NCBI RefSeq assembly: GCF_004010195.1
Contig: NC_057719.1
Span: 61,341,551-61,405,550, forward strand
DNA length: 64,000 nt
Reading direction: 5' to 3'
Source of the DNA: Chiloscyllium plagiosum
Lineage: Eukaryota
Positions 1 through 12,999 of the stretch are shown piece by piece (position 1 is the stretch's first letter; each line of letters opens with the position of its first letter). A program made the translations under genes and the position numbers. The notes below the pieces were generated by a model, which searched no databases, was not told the DNA's origin, and was given only the letters and a program-made list of their open reading frames with translations.

Positions 1-1890
1 GTGGCCTACCATGGGGAACCTTATCAAACGCCTTACTAAAATCCATATATACCACATCTACCGCTTTCCCCTCATCAACCTCCTTCGTCACCTTTTCAAA
101 GAATTCAATAAGGTTTGTGAGGCACGACTTGCCCTTCACAAAACCATGCTGACTATCCTTGATCACATTATTCCTATCTAGATGTGCATAAATCCTATCC
201 CTTACAATTCTCTCTAAGACTTTGCCCACAACGGAAGTGAGACTCACCGGCCTATAGTTACTAGGGCTATCCCTACTCCCCTTTTTGAACAAGGGAACCA
301 CATTTGCTATCCTCCAGTCTTCTGGGACTACTCCTGTAGACAAAGAGGACATAAAAATCAAGGCCAATGGCTCTGCAATCTCCTCCCTTGCTTCCCAGAG
401 AATCCTAGGATAAATGCCATCAGGCCCAGGGGACTTATCTATTTTCACCTTTTCCAGGATTTCCAATACCTCTTCTCTACATACCTCAAAGCCATCCATT
501 CTACTTATTTGTGCCTCAGTATTCTCATCGACAACAATGCCCTGTTCCTGAGTGAATACTGAAGAAAAGTATTCATTCAGTGTCTCCCCAATCTCTTCCG
601 CCTCCACACGCAACTTCCCACTACTATCCTTGACTGGACCTATTCCTACCCTAGTCATTCTTTTATTCCTAACATACCTATAGAAAGCCTTAGGGTTTTC
701 CCTAATCCTATCTACTATGGACCTTTCATGTCCCCTCCTTGCTGCTTTTAGCTCTCTCTTCAGGTCCTTCCTGGCTATCCTATAACTCTCAATCGCCCCA
801 ATTGAACCTTCACGTCTCATCTTGAGGTAGGCCGCCCTCTTCCATTTAACAAGGGATTCCAATTCCTTATTAAACCACGGCTCCCTCGCACGACCCTTTC
901 CTTCCTGCCTGACAGGTACATAATTATCAAGGACACTCAATAGTTGCCCCTTGAAGAAGTTCCACATATCATTTACACTCTTGCCTTGGGGTCTACTTTT
1001 CCCAGCCACACATCCTAAGTCATGCCTCACCGCATCATAATTTCCCTTACCCCAGCTATAATTCTTGCCCTGTAGTACACACTTATCCCTCTCCATCACG
1101 GGTGTAAAAATCACCGAATTATGGTCACTATTCCCAAAGTGCTCACCTACCTCTAATTCTAACACCTGGCCTGGTTCGTTACCCAGAACCAAATCCAGTA
1201 TGGCCTCACCTCTTGTTGGCCTGTCTACATATTGTGTCAGGAAACTCTCCTGCACACATTGAACAAACACTGTCCCATCTAACGAACTTGAGCTATAGCT
1301 TTCCCAATCAATATCAGGAAAGTTAAAGTCCCCCATAACAACCACCCTATTACTGTCACTCATCTCCTGAATCACCTTCCCTATCCTTTCTTCAATGATT
1401 CTAGGACTATTAGGAGGCCTGTAAAAGACTCCTTACAGGGTGACCTCACCTTTCCTATTCCTAACCTCAGCCCAAACTACCTCAGATGGCAAGTCCTCAT
1501 CCATCGTCCTTTCCACCACTGTAATACTATCTTTGACAAGCAATGCCACACCTCCCCCTCTTTTACCCCCCCCTCTGCCCCTACTCAAACATTTAAATCC
1601 TGGAACCTGCAACAGCCAGTCCTGTCCCTGTTCTAGCCATGTCTCCGTAATAGCCACAACATCGAAGTCCCAGGTACCAACCCACGCTGCAAGTTCACCT
1701 ACCTTATTTCGTATACTTCTTGCATTGAAGTATACACACTTCAAGCCACTTTCCTGTTTACAGGCACCCTCCTTTGAAATTGATGCCATGTTCCTAACCT
1801 CCCTACACTCCAGGCCCTGCACCCTGAAGCTACAATCTGGGTTCCCATGCCCCTGCAGAGTTAGTTTAAACCCCCCCCAAGAGCACTAGC
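1..1890 (-). mobile_element. CR1-clade LINE, ORF2 (APE endonuclease into reverse transcriptase), 5'-truncated, continues beyond left edge
   Basis: Minus-strand translation gives KCVYFNARSIRNK...DVVAITETWL (endonuclease), GVFYRPP, VMGDFNFP, GNSDHN, and DVVYMDFSKAFDKVPHGR at the left edge, all in one frame. One in-frame TAA at 1433-1435. Confidence 0.92.
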
Positions 1891-1894
1891 AAAC

Positions 1895-2056
1895 TGGTAA
1901 TCTTGTAAATAAATTCAGTTTTATTTAAAACTAAGTGGTTTGACAAGTTGCATCACTCCTGGAATATCCACGTTACACCTGCTTAAAACAACCAACAAAA
2001 TTAGGGTGTGGGCTACTTTCTTGAAATATTTTGAGGGGTCTGGCCTGGTCGATAAC
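1895..2056 (+). repeat. Possible LTR 3' end fragment
   Basis: Ends in ...gaggggtctggcctggtcgataaca (CA terminus), resembling LTR ends I associate with shark genomes. No internal coding sequence seen. Confidence 0.25.
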
Positions 2057-2399
2057 AGTGGACAGCCTGCTCAAATCAAAGGATTGGCATTAACAATGAC
2101 CACTCCACTCCCTATGTCTGAACAAGGCACATCTGTAGAATTGCCTTCCAACTGGAGAGATTTATGCCCAAAGCAGTTTGGTTTACTCGTCCCTGTAAAT
2201 TGTATTCAGAGAACTGTTAAAATTGTGGTGACCAATTTAACACAATCTCAAACTTAACATTGATACAATCAGATGAGTAGAGGGAATTGGGACCCCTATT
2301 TTTCAACCCCTCTTATTGGTTGCAACAATCATTGATATTTCTTTTAGCATGTAGATAAATCATACATCAATTAAAGATGTATGAAGTGAGATAAGGCTT

Positions 2400-3060
2400 C
2401 AATTATTAATGATATAATCAACTATGTCACTAGCTACGACTCTCAAGACCCAAGGATGAAATCCATCATGCCTTGGGGAACTGGTCAAATCACAGTTCCA
2501 ACCATTTACTCAATACTACCTAATTAGTAATTGCAATTTTGAGTTCCTCCCTCTCATGTAACTCCTGATTTTGTTTTATAACAGCTACTTTCAGGATGCC
2601 ACTTATCTCCTCTCTAGTGAAGACCGTTGCAAAATACATGTCCAATTTGTCTGCAATCTCTTTATCCTCTATTACTAATGTTCGGTCCTCTAGCGGACTG
2701 ACACTTACTTTGCGACAACACCAAGAACTGTGGATGCTGGAAATCTGAAATAAACACAGAAATTGCAGGAGAAACTCCTATCTGGCAGCATTGTGGGGAT
2801 AAAGCAAGAGTCAACATTTCTGATCCACAGACTTTTCATCAAAATTTTGTTAACTCTTTTCTTTTTCATATGTCCAAAAAAACTTTTTCTTTGATTTTAA
2901 TTGTTGGTTAATTTTCTCTCAACTTTTTTTTATGTTTTTCTTTTCTATTCTTTATTAATCTTTTGGCAAATCTTTGTTTCTTTTTAATTATATGCCTAAT
3001 CTTCTGATCCATAACAAATCTTTGTGTAGTCACATATCTTTATTGCGAGTTGGATACAAT
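2400..3060 (-). mobile_element. Degraded CR1 LINE fragment with a short interspersed repeat inserted at about 2715-2845
   Basis: Pyrimidine-rich sequence resembling the CR1 at 1-1000. The insert reads actgtggatgctggaaatctgaaataaacacagaaattgcaggagaaactc. Confidence 0.5.
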
Positions 3061-3079
3061 TCATGAGATAGTTGATAAA

Positions 3080-4550
3080 TGGTTCACATTTTCCAAAACT
3101 CATTTGATTTTGAGAAAGTTCCTTTAGGTTGGAAAATAGCTTATGTAACTCCTTTATTCAAAAAGGAGGGAGGCAGAAAGCAGGAAAATGCAGGCCAGTC
3201 AGCTTAACTGCTGTAATAAGGAAAAGGTTTTATTAAGTACATTATAACAGGGCACTTAGGTAAATTCAAGGTAATCAGGCAGAGTCAACATTATTTTTTC
3301 AACGGAATTTATATTTATTGAAGTTAGTTGATTAAAATAACCTGTGCTATGGATAAAGGAAAACCTGTAGCCATACGGAGATTTCGAAAAGGCATTTGAT
3401 AAGGTGCAACATCAAAGGTTATTGTGGAAAACAAAAGCTCATAGTGTTGGTGGGTTACACATTGGTATGGATAAAGGGTTGGCTGACTAACAGGAAGCAA
3501 AGAATAGGAATAAATGTGCCTTTTTCAGGCTGGCAGGGTGTTTGTTTTAAGTGCTGTGCCACAGGGATCAGTGCTTGGGCATCAATTTATATAAATGATT
3601 GAGATGAAGGGACCAAATGTATGTTCGTCACCTATATCAATGACACATAGGTAGGAAAATGAATTGTGTCGAGGAAATAAGGTGCCTACAATGGCACATA
3701 GATAGGTTAAGTGAATGGACAAAAGTCTGGGCAACGGGTGTACAAATGTGACAAAGTGTGAAATTGTCCACTTTTGCAAAAAGCATACAAACAAAGTATT
3801 ATCTAAACGGTAAGAGGTTGCAGAGCTCTGAGATGCACAGAGATCTGGGTGTCCTCATGCATGAATTACAGAAATTTATTCTGCAGAAAAAACAAGTAAG
3901 CAGGAAAGCTCAAGAATGTTATCTTTTACTGCAAGATGATATTGAATGCAGGGACAGAGAAGTTATGCTTCAGCTATATACAGCATTGATGAGTCTGCAT
4001 CTGGACTACTGTCTACAGCATTGGTCACTGTAGTTATGGAACAATGTTAATGCAATGGAAGCACACCAGAGAAGATTTACACCATTAATATCTGGAATGA
4101 ACAGATTTCCTTTTGGAGGATAGGTGAGACAGGTTAGGCCTGTAGCCACTTAGTTTAGAACAGTCAGAGATGATTTAACTTAAACATACAAGATCCTGTG
4201 GAGACTTGATCGGGTGGATGTTGATAGGATATTTCCTGTTGTGACAGAAGCTAGAACTTGGAGTCACAATTTAAAAAAATGAAGGGATCACATATTTAAA
4301 ACAGAGATAAGGAAACTTTTTTTTTCTTTTAGAGAGTCGAGTCTTCATAATTCTCAAAAGACAGTAGATGCATAGTTTCTAAATAGTTTTAAGGCATAGC
4401 TGGAGAAATTCTCAATTTCCAAGGGTGAAAGATTATCAAAGATACACAGATACATACAGTTGAGGTTAAAATCAGATTAACCATTACTTTACAAATGAAG
4501 AAGCAGATTTGAAGGTCTGAGCGGCACACTTGTATTCCTTGTTTATATAT
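3080..4550 (+). mobile_element. Degraded CR1 LINE, RT region to 3' end
   Basis: Broken ORFs give WIKGWLTNRKQRIGIN and YYLNGKRLQSSEMHRDLGVL...HLDYCLQHWS, typical of the CR1 ORF2 C-terminus. Confidence 0.85.
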
Positions 4551-6217
4551 TGAGAATGGTTGTTTGAACAACAGTTTTTTTTTCCCCAAGGAGGATTTCT
4601 GAATGAATGTTTCTGAAGTTATTTCAAGATTTACTGTTGTTATTATATAGTGCATTGGTCTGGAGTGCATGCTGGGTAAGTGAGCATGGTGAGTGCAGTA
4701 GAAATGGAGGTGCAAACAGATGTTTTTACTACAGTAGTTCAAAATAGGATAGATAACAGGAAGATGCATCCTCTTGCGGGAAGACTATAACAAGAAAACT
4801 TGAGAGATAAGCAGGTTTATTTTCTTTTCAAAGTTCATTAGGGTGTAGAAATCTATTTCCCAGAAGACAAGATAACTCTTGAAAGCTTATCAGAGGTGAG
4901 TCAGACAGATTTCTGATGGACAAGGAAGTCATGTTTATGAGATGCAGACAGCAAAATGAAGCGGGGACCACAACCAAAACACCCATGACCTTATTGAATG
5001 TAAGTCTAACAGCCTAATCCCAAGTCATATGCTCCTATGAAGGAGGCATGTCAGTCATGGAGGAGTTCAAAGTAAGGGCACAGAAGTTGAATGAAATGGA
5101 GTGAGAGAGTGAGATATGATGGCTAGAGGGTCGAACAGCCTTTAATATAACCACCAATTTCCAGAGAACAGTGACAGGCCTTCTAAGAAGTCTGCCTCAG
5201 CATTTGTTTGGTTCAACAACCATATATGCACTGCTTCCAGAGTCAGCAAATCTGACAATGATCCTTCCCCCATCTCCCTGGGATGAAAATAGCCCATTCT
5301 GATCTCTTCCATATGGAATTGAGGAAATATTTCAATTCAGACTTCCCACCTTGATGGCAAAAATCCAGCCTTCCCTGCCAGAAGCAGGCAACTGTTCCAG
5401 CAGGCCCTTTTAAATATCACAATTTCTGCAGATTCAGCATTAATGGGATTAGAAGTCCATCAGCCCCATTTTGTAACTGCTACCTGGTTCTTCAATCTTG
5501 ATTTCACACAGTTAAAATCAAACATGTACAATCACATACTCATGACTCTGAAAATTTAATTTTAAATCTAATTGGAACATAAAAGGAATTGCATTTGAAT
5601 TAACAACAATTAAAACATTACACGTGATCTCCAAAAGCAAAATTTTCTTGCAGCTATTTCACACAATAATTATAATCTACTTACACATTAATGGAGGAAG
5701 GTACAAAATGCAAAAAGACAGAATACATCATTCATATTCAAAGGAAAAAGAGTGAGAGAAAACGGAGGTGGGATTAGAGATGAAAAACAAGTTGTAGTGT
5801 GATTTAAAGACAATGACAAGCACTGCAAATTGACATTCTAAGGCAAGGAAAAAATGAGAGCACGGGAGTGTTGAACAAGCAGGATTACATGTGTACCTGG
5901 ACGCATGCAGGAGTTTCGAACAATTTGAAGCTTATGAAGATGCACTTAGGAGGTCTGGCAAATACTGAAGTGTAGCAGTGAAATCTTAAGCTGATCAAGG
6001 TTTGTCGTAGTCTTAGGCAACAAAATAACGATGAGTTCAGCACTGTAGCGGAAGTGGCTATAAATGAATTTTATGTAGTCTTAAATTCAGCTCAACTTCT
6101 AATAAAAAAAAACTATGGTTATTAATGGACTGGTTAAGTCTAAGCTATGGTAAAGGTAATAAAATTATTGGAAAGGAAGCAAGGTTTTCAGGAGAGATCA
6201 AAGATAATTGTTCTTAA

Positions 6218-6310
6218 TGTTTGAAGGGCTTTTGCCCGAAACGTCGATTTTGCTGCTCCTCAGATGCTGCCTGAACTGCTGTGCTCTTCCAGCACCACTA
6301 ATCCAAAACC
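6218..6310 (+). mobile_element. Penelope-derived terminal-repeat fragment
   Basis: gaagggcttttgcccgaaacgtcgattttgctgctcctcagatgctgcctgaactgctgtgc, same family as the copies at 10282, 31841, 32700, 42975 and 51127. Confidence 0.65.
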
Positions 6311-6652
6311 TAATTGTTTCAAAGTTGAGTTGAAGGTAAAGAATCCAACAGCTTATAAAGGGAGGTGGTACACTGTTAGAAGTAGGTGCTGCCAACATGT
6401 TATGAAGTTGACACAATAGTTATGAATGATATCACCAAAGAAAATGTGCATATCAAGAATAGGTCTCTTGAGGGCACAAAGTATTAATGTAGGGAGAAGA
6501 AGAAAATAATGTCCAAAAGGTCATGGCTATAGTGGGCAAGATAATTAAGCAACCAAAAAAATATAAAACTAAACATTGGTGAAGAGGCATTGGAAAGATA
6601 TATTAACTTTGTAAAAATACATTTAAGAAATCAATAAAAACATTAATCAATA

Positions 6653-6850
6653 GGGGCGGCACAGTGGCTAGCACTGCTGCATCACAGCGCCAAGGACGTG
6701 GATTTGATTCCTGCCTTGAGAGACTGTCTGTACAGTTTGTACGTTCTCCCTGTGACTTGTGTTTTTCCTCTAGTTGCTCTGGTTTCCTCCCACAGTCCAG
6801 GTGAGGTGGATTGACAATACTAAATTGCCCCATGATGTCTTGGAGTGTGC
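6653..6850 (+). mobile_element. tRNA-derived SINE (HE1-like, elasmobranch)
   Basis: Head ggggcggcacagtggctagcactgctgcatcacagcgccaaggacgtggatttgattcc with degenerate A/B boxes, then the body gctctggtttcctcccacagtcc. Confidence 0.75.
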
Positions 6851-8500
6851 CTCTTCCTGCACTTGGGGATTGTGATTATACAAACATTGTGTGTGTATAT
6901 ATATTTCTATATAGTCTATAAACACTTAAACAATACTTTCCTGATAATTTTCAATATTTTGAATGATTAACTGAAGAGTACCTACTGGCCACATTCTTTT
7001 TATTTATTTCTCCTTATTATTTCTTAATTTCACCTTACGTATCAAATTCATCATTCCTTTTTCTGTTGCTGAGGTGCAGTAGTTTGGTCGACAGGTCTTT
7101 GACAGTTTTGACAGGGTCCCGGTCCTTGGCGAATGGACAGGACTGCATCCTCAGAAGTTGGAGAATGTCTTCATCCTCAGGCTTCAGCAGTGGCCGATTC
7201 ATGAAACCAAGAGGCCATGAATAAACAAAAAAGGATTTATCTTAACTTTGTCTCATTTATTTAATATATAATTTGTGATTAAATGCCAATGTTTTTGTGG
7301 TGACATACACATTTTACTATATTTTTCACAAAAAGTAGTAACAATAAATTTTTATCTGTTTAATATACAACATTTATGAAGTATAGCTGAGAAGCAAAAT
7401 TTGAACACACTTTACAAAGTCATTTTGATATCCAAATTTCAAACTAAATTGGATAAATTATTTTCTCTCCTTAATTTATTTATCTTTCATAACAATTCAT
7501 CATTTGACATTGGTTTTCATTTTGAACTTGAATAAATCACTTGGGATCAATGAAGCATGGGGCAAATCTTCCGATATTTTGGTTGTGTCAATTTCCTGGA
7601 ATTTGGATGCAGAGCTTTCCTTAATGAGTCACAGTGACCTTTCTTCAGCAACCTCCCCCTGCTCAACTCACTAATTATGCATCCAAATTCCACGGCCCCC
7701 TTCTCCTTGAATCCTGCTGTGGCAGAGGTGAAAATGGTCACCATTGCCAGATCCTTCTGACATAAATGCGGCAGGTGCCATATTTAAACATCACCTGCGC
7801 ACCACTTCTAATTCTGCAAGTTAGAAACTTCATTCCAAATCTGCTGCTCAACTGCAATTCTGAAGTAAATACCTGAGAAAGGAAAGCTTGGCACCCCAGT
7901 TCATAGAGAGGGAGGTGCAAGTCCTCATGGAGAAGGGCTGTCCTTTTTCCTCAAAGCCAGCAAAGGAGACCAAACTAAGCAGACAATGCCTGTATAACCT
8001 TATCCAAATCCATGCCTTTTCCATGGTCAGAAGAAATCCGCTTTAATTCTTTAATACAACACAATGGGCTCTGTGTTCTGGAAGGCTAAGTGTCACCATC
8101 TTAGTTCTCCAAACTCCCCTGAACGCTACCATTGCAAAAAAACTTTCCAAGGCTAAATGGTCTACCACCCTCACACAAGATCTTCTCTCAGTGTCTCTCA
8201 TCTCATCAGTGCAAATGACTACATCTTCTTGCCCTTTGTGCTTCCTATTCTCTCACTGGGAAATCTCACCACTCTTTCTGCTCCAGCAACTTTCTCTCAC
8301 TCAATCCCTCAGTTTGCCTCACTAGAGGAAAAAATGGGACAAGGTGGCTGGCAATTGTTTCCTCACCCACTACATGAAAAAAAATCCTTAAACATGCTGG
8401 TGCGCACCACAACACTCAAGTGGGGACACCAAAACCTCCATCTCAAGGCATGCAAGTCAGCTTCATTTGCTTTGATATGCTCCGACTGCTATCATAAATA

Positions 8501-8843
8501 CAGTAGCGTCTCGACTTACGAACTTAATCTGTTCCGGGACCCAGTTCACAGACTGAATCAATTTTTCCCATTGTTCGGATAGCGTAAGAATGCTTGGACG
8601 TAGCAACGAAAGCTGTTCACAGCGCACACGCCAAAGACGAACTGAATGAGATCATGCAGGGCGCGAGAGCTTTTGCGTTCAACAAGCGCGCAGCAAAGCA
8701 GAACAATGAAACCACGTGGTCGCACACAGGCTTTTTGCGTTCGTATCTTCGTTCGTACCTTGAATTTCGCACATACGTTGAAGCAAAATTTTACGTACAA
8801 TCCTGTTCGTAAACGGGGTCATTCGTATGTTGAGGCACTACTG
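8501..8843. mobile_element. Tigger/pogo-type MITE (343 bp)
   Basis: TIRs CAGTAGCGTCTCGACTTACGAA and (reverse complement) CAGTAGTGCCTCAACATACGAA, 18/22 matching, with TA on both sides (8499-8500, 8844-8845). Confidence 0.85.
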
Positions 8844-10281
8844 TATCTTAATATTCTCAAGTAGTTATACTTATTGTATAACTAATTCACTCTTTTTGGC
8901 TATGCAGGCACCAGGACACCTAAAAAGCCTCAGGACCAAAAAGGCCAGTCTCTCAACTCTTCCTTCTTCTCGGAAAAAGAAGCTACAGCTCCCGCAGAAG
9001 ATTCACCATTAAGACTTACTCTTGTACCCTTCTACTGTTCAGAGACTTTAACCTCAATGGTTACTATATATAGATTAGACAAAGAAGCACAAACTGATGA
9101 ACATATCAGAGTCCTGTCCATAACTGATCGAGGAAGAAACATCCCTGGTCACTGACACTTGGAGGACTGCCAGAGACCAGGCACCTGCTCAGACAGATAA
9201 TGATCCCAACTATTGGAGATGAATAACTTATTCTAAATGGACAGAGACTTGGTAATGTGGATTGAATGGTGAAGGAGTCCAGCAAAGTTATAAATACTCT
9301 ATTGGCTCTAGCCTTAGGTGTTTGGCTGTCAATACGAAACACCAAGTCCAGGAGAATACTCAGTGGCTGCTAGAAACTCATGCATACTTCCAATCCCTTG
9401 CTTTAGTCATAAGTCTTAAAATCAGTGACCACTTCCGAATAACACCCTTTGACATTTATTGCTCAAAGCATCAGGAACGATCAGAGCCTATTCCCCAACT
9501 GACATAGGAAGACAGAACCAAATGATGGAAGTCCAGTCCACTGACTGATCTCTCAGTCTCTCCAGCTAACATATCAGTACTTAGATTTCAGCTGCTGGTG
9601 TGACCATGGACAACGCCCAGACTGGAGCAACAGGTCCCACCAATAACCTGACTGACAGCGATCAACCTTCTACACTGAGTGTCAATGAGGCCTTTGATTG
9701 ACTAGGTCTGTTGAGTGGATAAAATCTTTCACATTCAATTCAGTTGGAAACCACATTGATGCTGATGCCTGGAGGCATTGTGCCTCTGATAAGAGGAAAA
9801 CAAACCTGAACTGTATCTGTTCCCTTGCTTGTGAGCTTTTGAGTCCAAAATACACACTCAGTGGCCAGATCTCAGGCTTTGTTCTTGCCATTTCTGAAAC
9901 ATGACAATCCTAATCACAGCAAGGTCCACCACAAGAAGAAAACAAGAAGGAATCAATGTCAAACTGCTCGTTAGCAAACAATTATAGAGATGTAGACTCA
10001 AGTTAGCCATACTCAGCATCAGCACTTCTACCCTCTGGAATCAGTCTGAGAATGGACTCTTCAGTGCTGCACTATTCTGGAACCAGAACCAGAGAAAAAC
10101 TGTCCATTTTTTTGGTCACTTCCAGTTGTTAGAATAGCCAGATTTGAGACACTGTACCTACATATGAAGAACGCATCTTTCTTGCAGAATCATATTCATA
10201 TAAGTATTATGGTGCAGAAAGAAGCTATTTAGCACATCATTTCTGCACCAGTTTTTTCAAATGAGTATCATTACCTACCTG

Positions 10282-10466
10282 GAGAAAGTGAGGACTGCAG
10301 ATGCTGGAGATCAGAGTTGAGTATGGTGCTGGAAAAGCACAACAGGTCAGGCAGAACCGAGGAGCAGGAGAATCATTTCCTGATGAAGGGCTTTTGCCCA
10401 AAATGTCGATTCTTCTGTTCCTCAGATGCTGCCTGACCTGCTGTGCTTTTCCAGCACCATACTCTC
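10282..10466. mobile_element. Penelope-derived palindromic insertion with 15-bp TSD
   Basis: Flanked by atcattacctacctg at 10267-10281 and 10467-10481. Internal inverted arms surround cctgatgaagggcttttgcccaaaatgtcg. Confidence 0.8.
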
Positions 10467-11224
10467 ATCATTACCTACCTGCTAATCCTTTTTTTCCTTC
10501 AATACCTCTATATATGTTTTTCTATCCAAATAACACTACCCTCTTGAATAAATAAATATTAAACTAAGTGCACATCACTTTTAATAATTTTTAATCACAA
10601 CAGCAGACGCAACTTTTGTTGATAGGATATGTATGTCAAGGTATGTAATTTTTTAAGATGATATTTAATACAATATCCTAAAATGGGATTGCGTTGCAAG
10701 ATCTCTCTTTTGAAACAACTCAGTAATCTCCTGATTAATAATATCTATTTCTGACACAAATTTGATACAGTCAGTAATATGCAAACTTTCAGAGTTACTT
10801 ATAAGCTAAAATCAGTCACAAAAATTTAATATGTCTAATTTTTCTCCATTTCTATTTGAAAAAGTGAAAATCAATAGTGCTTGAGTTGTTGTATAGTGTG
10901 TTCAATGATGCACGGCATAAATAATGTGAAAAAAGTTTATCAAAATCAGCAAAAACAAATAATGAGCAACATTTAAACATCATGGACTTTGTTTTGGCAT
11001 TGAGTCAAATGAACTTTTAATAGAAGCCAAAATGTAAATTTTCCAACATTTTCAGCTGAAACCTCACTTTGATTGGATCATGGGATTTGGTGTCACTTGC
11101 AAGGCTGGATCTGTTGCTATCTCTAATTGCCCTTGAACAGAATAGCTTGCCAGGCCATTTTAAAAGGAAGTTAAGAATCAACCAGACTTGTCATTTGGAC
11201 TCGCCCAAGACCTCCGTGTTAGAG

Positions 11225-11610
11225 GACAAAAACAACTAAGAAGCTATGCTATCTGTAGGATTTGTGTCATACAGTCTGGCACAAAGGATTGGCTGATCCT
11301 CAGGTTATCAGACTGAAATGACGTTACCAAGCTATCTTCTTCCTTCAGGATATTGATCACAAAGCTCTCCCTGTGCACCTTCTGGAAGAAGAAAAGTGAG
11401 CACCTCTCATCCCGCTCCACGGACTGGGAGATTATCGTGATCATCTTATCCAAGGCAAAATTTCTTTGCCTGCCTGTTGGTCATCCTGTAGGTGACAGTC
11501 AGCCAGCAGGAAGCAGTGGTCAGAGAGGAACACTGGCTTGACGTCAGTGGATCTGAGAGAACACTCAATGCACAAACAAGAAATTTATGCTTGAGCAGAT
11601 TGAAACCCAT
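11225..11610 (-). mobile_element. L1/Tx1-like LINE ORF2 fragment (linker between endonuclease and RT)
   Basis: SVERDERCSLFFFQKVHRESFVINILKEEDSLVTSFQSDNLRIS resembles the E-x-x-S-x-FFF linker motif of Tx1-like ORF2. Confidence 0.7.
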
Positions 11611-11614
11611 CACT

Positions 11615-12670
11615 CTTTTTAATTTCAAAAATATACTTTATTCATAGAAGGAAATCTTTATATGCACACACAGTTAATGAAGCTGTTCAGATCTTACTTA
11701 CAGAGAAGAAAACAAACATTCTGGTTTGTCTTTCTGTATATTTACAATTGAACTCTTAAAATTTAGCAGAGGCATCGGGAGGGTTTGATTACTGAATGGA
11801 TCCCCATTTTGACATGGTGGTCCTTCCCCAATGCGCCTTGGCGGCAGCTGCCCCAAGCTTCAGTGCATCTCTCAGCACTTAGTACTGAACCTTGGAATGT
11901 GCCTGTCTGCAACACTCAGAGTCAACGGAGCACAGAGTCCTGCGTTACAGAGCTGCTTGGGACAAACCTCAACAAAAACATCTGCATCTTTCTCTGGACC
12001 TCCTTTGGAGAGATACATTTCAGAAGGAGATGTGTCAGTTTCATCTTCTCAGCAGCTCCTTCGAGGACAGCATGTACTGGCTCAGAGAGTCCGGGCATAC
12101 ATGAAAGATCTCACAGGCAAAGCCCTTCTCACTACCAGCAAAGCGATGTCTTGTGCTTGTTGCAAAGTTCTGGTGATGAGGCATTCTGCCAAATGATTTT
12201 GACTGTCTGCTCAAAGAAGATCCACCCTCTCCTTTTCCCAAAGGGTCTCCAAGATGCTACGTGCTGACCACTGCCTGATGGACTTGAGGTCAAAGGCGTT
12301 TTTCTCCATGAGGGATAGGTGATACAGGACGATCCAATTACTATAGGACGGAGTGTTCTGCGGCAACGAGACCAAGCCTATCCTTCGCAACATCAGGGAC
12401 ATGTAGAACCTCAGTAATTAGTGACACTTGGTGTTTGCGTACCGAAGGTCTACGTACAGCTTGACACAGCCACACACAAAGGTGACCATCAGGGTGAGAG
12501 TAGCATTGGGTATGTTTCTCCCCCCCTTTGTCCAGTTCTTTACACATAATGTCCCTTTGGACTCGGTGCATCTTCAACTTCCAAATTAAGTGAAAGATGG
12601 CCCGGGTAACTGCAGCGGGGCAAGTTTAGGGAATAGGCCAGACCTGCGTCACAAACAACAACAACAGAGA
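11615..12670 (-). mobile_element. L1/Tx1-like LINE 3' part with 3' UTR and A-rich end
   Basis: AHSKVQY*VLRDALKLGAAAAKAHWGRT near 11820-11900 and LVSLPQNTPSY...WIVLYHLSLMEK; minus-strand AATAAA near 11637-11642. Confidence 0.75.
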
Positions 12671-12999
12671 CCCATCATATACCCTACTTGACCGACCTGA
12701 TCTACCAAGTCTTAAACTTACTAACTTATTCATTTTCTTACAGACATTCCTGATTACACAGACTTAAAGTGACATCGCTTAAGTTAACTTTACTGCCCTT
12801 ACCTTATCCGACTCTGGCTTACTTGTATTAATGTATTGTATTAGCCCTAACTTTCACTTATTCCTTCTGTTTCTCAGTTAGGGCCCTAATTTCTCTAATG
12901 TAGAGCCTTTTAGAGATAATCCCTAATGGCAAGTCAACACCAGCCAATAAATTCATTGATTTCTGTGATGTCATTCAGATTGATTCCCAACTCAGCGCA

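Noticed and set aside
7560..9960. Possible decayed Harbinger-like element around the MITE
   Set aside because: Only a vague resemblance; no TIRs or translatable motif I can support.
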